Positions 1-9,035 of a stretch of 64,000 nucleotides of DNA are shown here, one piece after another. Position numbers and translations under genes: made by a program. The notes under the pieces were generated by a model. The model was given only the letters and a program-made list of their open reading frames with translations. It was not told the origin of the DNA and searched no databases. Position 1 is the stretch's first letter; every line of letters begins with the position of its first letter. Source of the stretch: an uncultured Nitrososphaerota archaeon (GTDB taxonomy: Archaea; Asgardarchaeota; Njordarchaeia; Njordarchaeales; Njordarchaeaceae). The stretch lies in contig CAZFGR010000002.1 in the NCBI GenBank assembly GCA_964518475.1, positions 1 through 64,000 on the forward strand, given 5' to 3'.

Positions 1-2
1 TA

Positions 3-158
3 CAATGTGATATAATCGTTACAGCACCTGATCTAGCTAAGATTCTTAGATCTCAGGGGGCCTTTGCAAAAGAAATAGTAGAGGTAACGAACTACCTCAA
101 TAAGCAAGAGTTAAAAGAAAAACTAAAAGAGGCCATTGAAAGGGTTCTATCTAGTTAA
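3..158 (+). CDS. 3' end of a probable PTS EIIB component (UlaB/galactitol-ascorbate type), 5'-truncated by the window edge
   Basis: Manual translation of frame 3: QCDIIVTAPDLAKILRSQGAFAKEIVEVTNYLNKQELKEKLKEAIERVLSS*. This matches the DIIV..DLA...IV.V.NY...EL.EKL pattern of EIIB C-termini. HPr and EI genes are in the window. The phosphorylated Cys would lie upstream of the window. Confidence 0.65.
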   Translation, partial: QCDIIVTAPDLAKILRSQGAFAKEIVEVTNYLNKQELKEKLKEAIERVLSS

Positions 159-1037
159 ATCTTTGAGTATTCCAGCAATTTCTCCTTTTAGACTCTCTAT
201 TTCTTCTGTATTTAGAGATCTTAATGGTTTATTTACAATATTTTTTATCTGTAGCCCCCTAGTGCTTAGAGCTACTTTATACGAGGCTACGTATGGATAT
301 TTACCGAGAATTTCTTTCAATTTTAGTATTTTCTTGTAGATTTGATGTGCCTCAACAATTTTCTTTGATTGTAATAATTTGTACATTTGCACGAATAGTT
401 CTGGAACTATATTTGAGAGAGCTGATACAACACCTCTACAACCTATTATTAGTCCAGGAAGAGATAAAGTGTCCGAACCCATGAAAACCATAAAATTCTC
501 TATACTTAAGTATTTTAACGTATTTTTAAGATCACCACTACTATCTTTAATTCCTACTACATTGGACGATTTCCCAATAATTCTCCTTACTAATTCTGCT
601 CCGATGTTTATCCCTGTTCTTGAGGGAATGTTATATATAAAGAATGGAATATCGTGTAGGGATGAAACTTGTATGTAGTAATCTACTAAGGCCTCTTTGT
701 CATAAGGGTAGTATATTGGTGGAAAAGTCGCTACTGCATCGACGCCTAGATCTGCTGCATATGAGATTAGATCCATTACCTCCCTGATCCTAGCACTACC
801 TGCGTGAAAAATTGTGAAGGCTTTAGTACCAGCGAATTCTAATGTTTTTTCAAGTAGTTTTTTTCTAGTATCCAAGTTGAGTATTATACCCTCACCCATC
901 GTGCCACTTACAAAAAATCCATTTACTTCATGTTTTGTTTGGAAATGTATTAATTCCTCTAAAGCATCCACATCTAATTTATCTTGATCAGCTAGAGGTG
1001 TTACTATGGCTGTTATAACTCCCTTAAACTCAACCAT
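147..1037 (-). CDS. DHDPS/N-acetylneuraminate lyase family class I aldolase
   Basis: GVITAIVTP, GTMGEG, YNIP, Schiff-base GIKDSSG. Likely start is the ATG at 1037 (MVEFKG). Confidence 0.9.
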   Translation of the reverse strand: MVEFKGVITAIVTPLADQDKLDVDALEELIHFQTKHEVNGFFVSGTMGEGIILNLDTRKKLLEKTLEFAGTKAFTIFHAGSARIREVMDLISYAADLGVDAVATFPPIYYPYDKEALVDYYIQVSSLHDIPFFIYNIPSRTGINIGAELVRRIIGKSSNVVGIKDSSGDLKNTLKYLSIENFMVFMGSDTLSLPGLIIGCRGVVSALSNIVPELFVQMYKLLQSKKIVEAHQIYKKILKLKEILGKYPYVASYKVALSTRGLQIKNIVNKPLRSLNTEEIESLKGEIAGILKDLTR

Positions 1038-1782
1038 GTTTCTCCCTCTTCTTTTCAATGAATTCTAATCCCTTTCTCAACAATTCAACAATTTCATTTA
1101 TTATAACTTCCAGCATTTTTTCTCCTTTTTCTCTAGTTGCGACTGTCGGGTCCCCGATTACTCCGATATCTGTTAACTCATCCCACTTCTGAGGATAGAA
1201 TTCAAATATTTTCTTATCGGGGTAGCACGCTTTTGCTTTTGCCATGTCTACTAGGTCTGGTTTAATGTATAACATTAGGGATGTTTCTATTTCTTCTGCG
1301 TGGAAATAGTTTTTGTGCCACTGCTTAGAATCGCAAAATTCTCTAATCTTGGATAACCCTGAGGATGCAAAGTAGAAGACGTTGAGATCATAATTATCTT
1401 TCAGATATCTAGCTGTCTTTTTAATTACGGTCGCGTTTCCTATGTGGAAGCTTATGAATGCAAAATTTTTTGCCCCATGCTTATGTAAACTAAGACATAT
1501 ATCAACCAAAAATCTAAAAAGAGAATCCTCGGAAACGGTTAAAGATCCCGGAAAATTAATTAGTGACCAGACCTGGCCATATTTTATCACTGGTAGTACG
1601 ATGCCTCCTATTTTTTTAGCCACTTCTTCAGCAATTCGTTCGACTATGAAATTATCAGTACCTAGCGGTAGATGCGGTCCATGAGCTTCAATTGCTCCTA
1701 AGGGAATTATAACCACTTTGGCTTTTTCAAGGGCTTCCTTAGCTTCTACCCATGTCATCTCCTCAAGTCTTATTTTTTCCAT
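1030..1782 (-). CDS. Creatininase (creatinine amidohydrolase) family protein
   Basis: EAHGPHLPLGTD, FHIGN and HAEEIETS metal-binding motifs. ORF track start is 1794; MEKIRLEEMTW at 1782 is more likely. Confidence 0.9.
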   Translation of the reverse strand: MEKIRLEEMTWVEAKEALEKAKVVIIPLGAIEAHGPHLPLGTDNFIVERIAEEVAKKIGGIVLPVIKYGQVWSLINFPGSLTVSEDSLFRFLVDICLSLHKHGAKNFAFISFHIGNATVIKKTARYLKDNYDLNVFYFASSGLSKIREFCDSKQWHKNYFHAEEIETSLMLYIKPDLVDMAKAKACYPDKKIFEFYPQKWDELTDIGVIGDPTVATREKGEKMLEVIINEIVELLRKGLEFIEKKREKHG

Positions 1783-1787
1783 ATTCG

Positions 1788-2708
1788 TCACCAAGATAAG
1801 AACTGTTTAGGATTCTCAACAAATATTCGATCTATCATCTCCTGAGAAAATCCTTCCTCTTTTAATCTTTGAACATACTTGGTTGGTATATAGTCCAGCC
1901 CAGGGCCTCCGCCGTAGGATTTATAGTAAGAACGTCTAGCAGTATCACCAGAAATCATTATTTGATCGAGAAAACCTGCATTAATTAGCTTCTTAATCAT
2001 ATTTATTCTGGCCTCCTCTGGTCCATATTTTATTTTTCCGGTACAGTCATAGACTATGTATGCACCCTTCTCAAGTATTTTTCTTTGATACCAGAAATCT
2101 AAGTTATGATCCATATGATAGAACGCTACCTTTCCTAAATCGACTCCCTCTTCTAGTAGTATAACTATTTGTTCATGCGCCATTGTTCCAAGTGTCGTAT
2201 GGGAGACTATTGGAATTCCTAATTCAACATGTACTTTAGCGGCAGCTCGCATAGTTTTTTCCTCTACTTTCATTATGTAGTTGTAGCTTGTTCCTATTTT
2301 AAGCAACCCTGCTCTAGCATTAGTTCCATCCATGCCTTTTAATATATCCCCTTTGAGTAACTCTATAATAGAATCCATGCTAGCTTCATATACCCAAGGT
2401 TCATAGTAACTACCTAAGTTAAAACCCGTGACAGCGATAATATTTACTTCGGGGACTTTTTTCCCTATCTCAATTAGAGCCTTAGCGCTTCTTCCGTAAT
2501 CGATTGTTGTTGCATCAACAATTGTTTTTCCACCAGCTTTGAGGAAAAGTTTTAGTTCATTTGCGTTTTTTTCAATATCATCAAGTAAAAGATCAGGATC
2601 TTCCTTTATCTTCCATAGAGGTGGATGCGTGTATAAATGTTCATGAACCAAAGTGAATCCTATTTCATTGGGTGATATGTCGCGGAAAATAGTTCTGATT
2701 TTCGCCAT
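1788..2708 (-). CDS. Phosphotriesterase-family (Php/PTE-like lactonase) metallohydrolase
   Basis: TLVHEH, GGKTIVDAT, LLKIG (carbamylated Lys), SHT, YHMD, SGD. Confidence 0.9.
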   Translation of the reverse strand: MAKIRTIFRDISPNEIGFTLVHEHLYTHPPLWKIKEDPDLLLDDIEKNANELKLFLKAGGKTIVDATTIDYGRSAKALIEIGKKVPEVNIIAVTGFNLGSYYEPWVYEASMDSIIELLKGDILKGMDGTNARAGLLKIGTSYNYIMKVEEKTMRAAAKVHVELGIPIVSHTTLGTMAHEQIVILLEEGVDLGKVAFYHMDHNLDFWYQRKILEKGAYIVYDCTGKIKYGPEEARINMIKKLINAGFLDQIMISGDTARRSYYKSYGGGPGLDYIPTKYVQRLKEEGFSQEMIDRIFVENPKQFLSW

Positions 2709-2899
2709 TTTTATCACCAGTAACTATTAAAATGTTCTATAATCCACAATTCTTGCGCCAGGAAATACAATATTAGTCGTGCGACTATGAGGCATAAATC
2801 TTTTTCCCAAATATCTTTCGTATTATCATTCTTAAAAAATAATAAATACACTTTCTTAGAAATAGTTACCATAAACACTTTTTCAAATATGCGTTCTCA

Positions 2900-3793
2900 T
2901 TAAACAAATAAGAACTTGTTCCTTATTTTTCCTATTCTCTCAATGAATATTTCAACGACATCTCCATGCTTGAGTAACTTGGGCTTGGGTCGCCAGAAAT
3001 AACCCACACCAGCGGGGGTTCCAGTAGCTATTATATCGCCTGGCTCAAAAGTCATGCCTTTGCTAAGGATATGAATAATATCTGGAATCTTAAATATCAT
3101 TTTCAAAGTAGAAGAATCCTGACGAACCTCATCATTAACCTTAGTAATTATTCTTAATTCATGAGGATTCTGAATCTCGTCAGATGTCACTATCCATGGA
3201 CCTATGGGTGCGAATTTATCAAGACTCTTTCCTCTCGTCCATTGACCGTCTCTACGCTGAATATCGCGGGCCGTTACGTCATTAAACACTAAGTATCCAA
3301 AGACATAATTCATAGCCTCTTCTTTCGGAATTCTTTTTCCTTTGGTCCCAATGACAATAGCTAGCTCTCCCTCGTAATCCACTTGCTTTGTATAATCAGA
3401 AGGCACTTCAATATCCTCGAATGGATCAGCTATAGATGTTCTAGGCTTCATAAAAATAACTGGTTCTTGAGGAATAGTGCCACCGATTTCTTCTACATGA
3501 TCAAAGTAGTTGCATCCGAGACAAACTATTTTTGGTGGATTTTTTAGTGGAGCTAATAATTGTACATGACTTATCTCTATCCCCTTTTCCATAGATCTCT
3601 CTAATAAAGTATACTGATCCCTTATTTGGGGAAGATGATTCTCTTTAATGAACTCCTCGATAGTTTCTGGAAGCTCAATTCCTAATAATCTTGATACTAG
3701 ATCAGCCTCCAACACTCTATTCTGGATAACAAAGCCATAAGACTCAATACCATCATATAAAAAACGAGCAATCTTCAAAAGAAATCCCTCCAA
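2900..3793 (-). CDS. Fumarylacetoacetate hydrolase family protein
   Basis: CLGCNYFDH, DYEGELA, NDVTARD, GKSLD, GDIIATGTPAGVG. Confidence 0.92.
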   Translation of the reverse strand: MEGFLLKIARFLYDGIESYGFVIQNRVLEADLVSRLLGIELPETIEEFIKENHLPQIRDQYTLLERSMEKGIEISHVQLLAPLKNPPKIVCLGCNYFDHVEEIGGTIPQEPVIFMKPRTSIADPFEDIEVPSDYTKQVDYEGELAIVIGTKGKRIPKEEAMNYVFGYLVFNDVTARDIQRRDGQWTRGKSLDKFAPIGPWIVTSDEIQNPHELRIITKVNDEVRQDSSTLKMIFKIPDIIHILSKGMTFEPGDIIATGTPAGVGYFWRPKPKLLKHGDVVEIFIERIGKIRNKFLFV

Positions 3794-3822
3794 AAATTAT
3801 TAATAGTGTAGAAAGAGGAAGC

Positions 3823-4569
3823 CTATAAGTGCTTAATTCTATACTTATACTTCTCTATATACTTCTTATTATACTCGTCTCCACCCGGTACGTTCGCACT
3901 CAACCAAACTGGAGGCTCGATTCCTTCCTCCACAAGCATTTTGGCGGCTTCAACCATTATAGAATGGAGAATCGCTGAGTTAATAATTGTAGAAACGGGT
4001 GCAACCTTGGTTTTTATTCCTTCAACTTCTAGTAAAGCATCTCCTGGGGGAACATGATTATCTATAACTACATCCGCAACTTCGTATAGTCTCTTACCGG
4101 AGGGATGTCTTGAGGGGAACTTGCTCGAGAATTCTATGGAAGTAACCGCAACAACTTTTGATCCCCTTTCTCTAGCCCCCATAGCCATTTCAATTGGCAA
4201 AGAATTCCGACCAGAATTAGAAACTATGATTAATACGTCACCATTTCCGATGTCGTAATAATCTAGAAGAATCTTTGCATAGCCCTGTAATCTCTCAACC
4301 CCAGTACTCTTCATCGCACCTCCATAAACTGAAGATCCTATATCGAGGATAGCGTTTATAGGTACGAGACCACCGGCTCTGTAGAATACCTCTATTGCCA
4401 AGACTTGGGAGTGGCCTGTGCCATAGACGTGAACCAATTTATCATTTTTGAGAGCTTCTTTAACAAGTTCGGCTGCTTTGAGAATATTCTCTTTCTCAGC
4501 TTCCCTAACTTTATTTAATAATGAGATAACCCCATCAAAATACTTGTCAATTAACAAATTAATCACCAT
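3823..4569 (-). CDS. SIS-domain phosphosugar-binding/isomerase protein (UPF0309-like)
   Basis: GTGHS, FYRAGGL, SNSGRN, DVVIDN..P.GDA, S.N.PGGD motifs. Confidence 0.85.
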   Translation of the reverse strand: MVINLLIDKYFDGVISLLNKVREAEKENILKAAELVKEALKNDKLVHVYGTGHSQVLAIEVFYRAGGLVPINAILDIGSSVYGGAMKSTGVERLQGYAKILLDYYDIGNGDVLIIVSNSGRNSLPIEMAMGARERGSKVVAVTSIEFSSKFPSRHPSGKRLYEVADVVIDNHVPPGDALLEVEGIKTKVAPVSTIINSAILHSIMVEAAKMLVEEGIEPPVWLSANVPGGDEYNKKYIEKYKYRIKHL

Positions 4570-4648
4570 AACATTTTTACATGAAAGATATCGTTACTCT
4601 ATCTCTTTTAAAGCTTTTACTAATATATTGTAGATCTCGTCGGGTGTT

Positions 4649-5134
4649 TTGGCATCTCTAATTATTTACGATATTTATAAGGAAAGAAGAATGCTTCGAG
4701 ATCTTCGAAATAATCGAACCGAGTATACTGCGTTAATAGCTGAGGCTTTAAGAGAAGCACGCATACCTGATAAAGCAGGTCTTAGTAAAGAAGATGCGGA
4801 AAAACTTGTGTCCTCGCTAAAGCAGCTCCCCCAAATCGATATTGTTAAAAAGACGATAACTGCATTAAACATTTATGCCAGCTACTTAGAGGAGCATCCA
4901 GAGGTTCTTAAAGACACAAAAACCGTGCGGGAAAAGATAATAATTCCCATTATGAGAAATTTCTTATACATATTCGCAATCGCTGACAGCGAACTTTATG
5001 ACTTAGTTGAGAAAACTCAGGAATACTATGTAAAGAGAGGGTTTAAGCAAAAAGTCTTTATTCCAAAATTATTAGAGGCTGTAATTGATAAAGCCCTAAG
5101 TAGGCACCATTCAAGCCCCAATCTTGAGCCTTAA
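4649..5134 (+). CDS. Hypothetical helical protein, first gene of the HPr unit
   Basis: 161-aa ORF (alternative ATG at 4691), divergent from the SIS gene and directly upstream of HPr. No motif recognised. Confidence 0.6.
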   Translation: MASLIIYDIYKERRMLRDLRNNRTEYTALIAEALREARIPDKAGLSKEDAEKLVSSLKQLPQIDIVKKTITALNIYASYLEEHPEVLKDTKTVREKIIIPIMRNFLYIFAIADSELYDLVEKTQEYYVKRGFKQKVFIPKLLEAVIDKALSRHHSSPNLEP

Positions 5135-5168
5135 CAAGTCATTATTTTTCCATAAGGAGGTTAGGAGT

Positions 5169-5450
5169 ATGAATGATGAAAAAATTGCTGAGGCGAGAGT
5201 AAAAGTACTTAACAAAGTCGGTTTACATGCTCGTCCAGCTGTAGAGTTTGTTAAGACTGCTAAGAAATTCAAATCAAAAATTACTGTCTGTAAGGATGGG
5301 GAATGCGGTGATGCAAAAACCTTGTTACAAGTACTAGCTCTCGATGTTCAATGTGGCGATGAGATCCTAATAAGAGCTGAGGGGGAGGACGCTAAGGAAG
5401 CTATTAATGCTCTAGTAACCCTAATAGAGAATAAGTTCGGTGAGGAGTAG
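5169..5450 (+). CDS. ptsH: PTS phosphocarrier HPr
   Basis: NKVGLHARPA with active-site His; DAKT region; AEGEDAKEAINAL. AGGAGG/AGGAG SD precedes the ATG at 5169. Confidence 0.93.
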   Translation: MNDEKIAEARVKVLNKVGLHARPAVEFVKTAKKFKSKITVCKDGECGDAKTLLQVLALDVQCGDEILIRAEGEDAKEAINALVTLIENKFGEE

Positions 5451-5465
5451 AAGGTGAACTAAGTA

Positions 5466-6695
5466 ATGACGAAAAGTATCTCTTTTATTGACGAGAAAAG
5501 AGAGGAAATACTTACAGTCCTTAAAGATCTCATAAAGGCCCGTACCGAGAATCCTCCGGGAGATACTAGTGAAGGAATAAAAGTAATAGGAAAAGTTCTT
5601 GAGAAGTATGGCATAGATTACAGAATTGTTGAACCATCTTCTGGAAAAATGAATCTAATTGCTGAGCTAGGCGATGGGGAACCTGTTCTTATCTTAAATG
5701 GTCACGTAGACGTTGTCCCAGCTGGTGATGGATGGAGTGTAGATCCATTCTCTGGTATTGTAGAAGGAGATAAAATATATGGTCGCGGAAGCTCTGATAT
5801 GAAAAGTGGTGTAATAGCTCTTCTCTACGCTTTTCTGGCCCATAGAGATATCAGAAATGGAAAACTAGTTCTAACAATCGTCGCTGATGAAGAAACGGGA
5901 GGACGAGAAGGTACGAAATATCTCCTAGAGAATAAACTAGTTCACGGTGACGCATGCCTAATCGCAGAGCCCTCTGGAAGATTAGGGCCCCACGTCTACG
6001 ACATAGTGGCGGGAGAAAAGGGCGCTCTATGGTTAAAAGTACGAACGAGCGGGAAAGCGGCCCACGGTAGTCTTCCTATGTTAGGGGATAACGCTATTAA
6101 GAAAATGGCTAAAATAGTCACAGAGCTTCCAATGCTGATACCTATCAAATCTGGAATTCCCGAGAACGCAAAAACCTTAATCGAACATGGTAAAGAGGCA
6201 TTAAAAAGTGCTCATCCAGAAGCTCCCAAAGCTCTAGATCACTTGACAATTAATGTAGGAACAATAAAAGGTGGAAAGAAAACAAATATAGTGGCTGATG
6301 ATTGCGAAATTACCCTCGATATTCGAGTCCCAATAAGTTTAAGCACCGATACAGCCCTCAGAGAAGTAGAGAAAATAATCAGGCAAAATCTTTGCAATGA
6401 TGTTGATTTAGAGGTTATCGATAGGATCGAACCTTCTTATACTCCTGCTAATCATTCCTTCACCAAGATAGTTAGGGAAGTCGCTAAGAAGTACCTTGGG
6501 TATGAACCATTAACAATTTGCATGGCAGCTACGTCTGATGCGAGAATATTCAGGCACCATAATATACCAACAATAAACTTCGGTCCAGGTTATCTAGAGA
6601 AAGCTCATACTAAGGATGAATTCGTGTACCTCAATGATGTGTTCCTATTCGCTAAAATCTATGTTGAAATAATAGAGAGATTCCTAAAACATTAA
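5466..6695 (+). CDS. M20 family (ArgE/DapE-like) metalloamidohydrolase
   Basis: NGHVDVVP, GRGSSDMKSG, DEETGG, EP, GKAAHGS, AHTKDE. Confidence 0.92.
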   Translation: MTKSISFIDEKREEILTVLKDLIKARTENPPGDTSEGIKVIGKVLEKYGIDYRIVEPSSGKMNLIAELGDGEPVLILNGHVDVVPAGDGWSVDPFSGIVEGDKIYGRGSSDMKSGVIALLYAFLAHRDIRNGKLVLTIVADEETGGREGTKYLLENKLVHGDACLIAEPSGRLGPHVYDIVAGEKGALWLKVRTSGKAAHGSLPMLGDNAIKKMAKIVTELPMLIPIKSGIPENAKTLIEHGKEALKSAHPEAPKALDHLTINVGTIKGGKKTNIVADDCEITLDIRVPISLSTDTALREVEKIIRQNLCNDVDLEVIDRIEPSYTPANHSFTKIVREVAKKYLGYEPLTICMAATSDARIFRHHNIPTINFGPGYLEKAHTKDEFVYLNDVFLFAKIYVEIIERFLKH

Positions 6696-6913
6696 GCAAT
6701 AAGTTAGCGCAAAACCCCTTATTAAACGTTTTTTATCCTAGCTGATTCTAAAGATATCGATCTCAGATAAGGAGCCTGTATTACAATTCGATATTTCCCA
6801 AAAAGTTATTGCTGAGTGGGTTAAAGTCTTACATTTTTAAAAGTTCTCAGTTAATAGTACATTATCTTGAAAAATAAGAGAAATATAAACAATTAACTTT
6901 GAGGAGGATATGA

Positions 6914-7057
6914 ATGAAGGTACAATGTGCTTATTGTGGAAAAGAACTTGATGAGAAAAATGCTATTAAGTTAAAAATTAGGGGAGAAGTGAAATTCTTC
7001 TGCAACGAAGATCATTTAGAGAGATATCTTGGAAAGAAGCTTGGGCCTTCGTGCTAG
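6914..7057 (+). CDS. Small TRASH/YHS-like metal-binding protein (47 aa)
   Basis: Manual translation MKVQCAYCGKELDEKNAIKLKIRGEVKFFCNEDHLERYLGKKLGPSC*. CxxC...FCxxxH pattern; GAGGAGG SD upstream. Below the ORF track length cutoff. Confidence 0.8.
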   Translation: MKVQCAYCGKELDEKNAIKLKIRGEVKFFCNEDHLERYLGKKLGPSC

Positions 7058-7161
7058 TCATCTATAACCTTTCTCTCTTCTTTAATTTTTGTTTCTGAGA
7101 AATATTCTCGGCCTAAATAGTTACGTAATTCTCGGGCTTACTCATTAGTTTCTTGTTCGTA

Positions 7162-7935
7162 TTATTTCTGGCAGTTTGGGCAAAAGAATGTTCTTCTATT
7201 ATTTGGTTCCTGTCTATAGTATCTTATTTTCTCTCCACAAACTGGGCAAGGTTTTCCCGATTTATTATAAACGAAGAGTATAGGTCCTATCCTCTCGCCA
7301 CGAAGCCTTCTTTGGAGAAATTCCTCAGAGAGCTCCTTAGCTATACGTACTATATTCCTTATTTCTTCATATGATAGATCCTTCACTAGTCTCTCTGGAT
7401 GAACTCTTGCTCGAAACAAGATCTCGTTTCTGAGGATGTTTCCTATTCCAGCAATCACTCCTTGATCCAGTAAAACATCTCCTATTTTCCGATTCTTGTG
7501 TTTCAGAATAAGCTTCACCGCTCTACTAAAGTTCCAGTCTTTTCTTAGAGGATCTTCTCCAAGACTATTCTTAAGCTCCTCTATGATCCTGTGTTTATAG
7601 TTTATCTCAATAATAGGCGCGTTGTAGACCACAACCTTCTTATCACTAAAATATAGTGCGAGCCTAACTAATCTCTCTGGCTTAGCCAGCGGCTCATTAA
7701 TACCGTAGATATGTATTGTCCCATACAGCATTAGGTGTACCCTAATGGCAAAAGAATCGAAGAATAATAAAATGTTCTTTCCCCAAGCATCAGTAGCCTC
7801 TAATCTCTTCCCAGTAATATATTGAGGATCCACCAAGACCCTTTTACTCCTAACAAGGATATTCTCGAGAACCTTTGCACCGACTTCTTGATAGATTCTC
7901 AAAGCCTTATAGTGTGCACTAGGTCCTTCAGTCAC
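7162..7935 (-). CDS. Fpg/Nei family DNA glycosylase/AP lyase
   Basis: N-terminal (M)TEGP, GKNILL, HL..YG, H2TH motif LLDQGVIAGIGNILRNEILF, C-terminal zinc finger CPVC...R...CPNCQ. Confidence 0.9.
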   Translation of the reverse strand: MTEGPSAHYKALRIYQEVGAKVLENILVRSKRVLVDPQYITGKRLEATDAWGKNILLFFDSFAIRVHLMLYGTIHIYGINEPLAKPERLVRLALYFSDKKVVVYNAPIIEINYKHRIIEELKNSLGEDPLRKDWNFSRAVKLILKHKNRKIGDVLLDQGVIAGIGNILRNEILFRARVHPERLVKDLSYEEIRNIVRIAKELSEEFLQRRLRGERIGPILFVYNKSGKPCPVCGEKIRYYRQEPNNRRTFFCPNCQK

Positions 7936-8134
7936 AGCCCATTGCCTCTTTAAATAGTTCGATAATTTAGGAAAGGTAAGTTATTTTGTTAGAACATCTT
8001 TTTAATGCTTTATAAATCCTTGTTAGAACCACGGATTCTAGATCATTTGAAACAGAGATTTTATCAAACAAACGAAGAATCTTTGAAGTAAAACCCGACC
8101 TATTATTATTCCACCCAAATCATAATCCGGCTGG

Positions 8135-8662
8135 TTAGGTAATTGATTGAAGCTCCCTTGTTATTGTTTCCAGAATTCGCGATTTTATTTCTGCATACTT
8201 CATAGAGGCCTTTAATGCTTCTTGTCGAGCCTTATCTAATTCCTTCAACAACTCTATAATACTAGATAGATCTATCCTCTTCAAGAGATCTAATAATTTT
8301 TCCATCTTTTTTAACCATTCGCGAACCTCTTTTCTAATGATTCTCGCAATATCATCTTCTGGAATAACTTTTTCATAGAAACCGAGTGTGTGCAGCCGAC
8401 TATTGAAATAGAAATACATTTTAGTAAGCGTGTCATAACCTAGAATTTCAAGCACACGACTAAATATCGGAACTCCTTCCCTAACACTCCTAGCCACGTC
8501 ATGCGGTATCTTCATAGCTATTAACGCCGCTTTTCTAAAATTCTCGATAGCACTCCAGGCTTTTTCAGCTGCATCGTAAAAATCTCCTGTTTCTAAAAGC
8601 TCTAGTGCTTTTGAGTAATCATCCCATCCTCTTCTAATGAATTCATCGTATGACTCACTCAC
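8135..8662 (-). CDS. PaREP1/HEPN-like protein with C-terminal coiled coil
   Basis: ALELLETGDFYDAAEKAWSA and LHTLGFYE match the PaREP1 pattern. Confidence 0.7.
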   Translation of the reverse strand: MSESYDEFIRRGWDDYSKALELLETGDFYDAAEKAWSAIENFRKAALIAMKIPHDVARSVREGVPIFSRVLEILGYDTLTKMYFYFNSRLHTLGFYEKVIPEDDIARIIRKEVREWLKKMEKLLDLLKRIDLSSIIELLKELDKARQEALKASMKYAEIKSRILETITRELQSIT

Positions 8663-9035
8663 AGCTCTTCCCTACTTCTAGGATTTTTCTCTAGTTTCTC
8701 ACATAGAAAAATGGCTTTTTTGCGTTATTAAATATTCTTCTAAAATAGCTCAACCTCTTTTTCTTACCTCTCAATATGATTATATTCTAAGACAGACATC
8801 AACGATTAAGGTGTAATAGTTGCTTTCCAGTTTGATTTGACTTATGATCTTATTATTTTGTTTAAGTTAGGAGAAAAGGAATCGCACTAATTAGGCATTA
8901 TTTGATGAGCTATAGAAAACTGTAGTAGTGTTATAATTTCCTATAACTATTAATTATATGCTTTTATAAGAGAACGTTTAAAAAGACCCTATTCCCTAGT
9001 TTTATGATTGAAAATTCCACAAAGGTGTTTAATAA

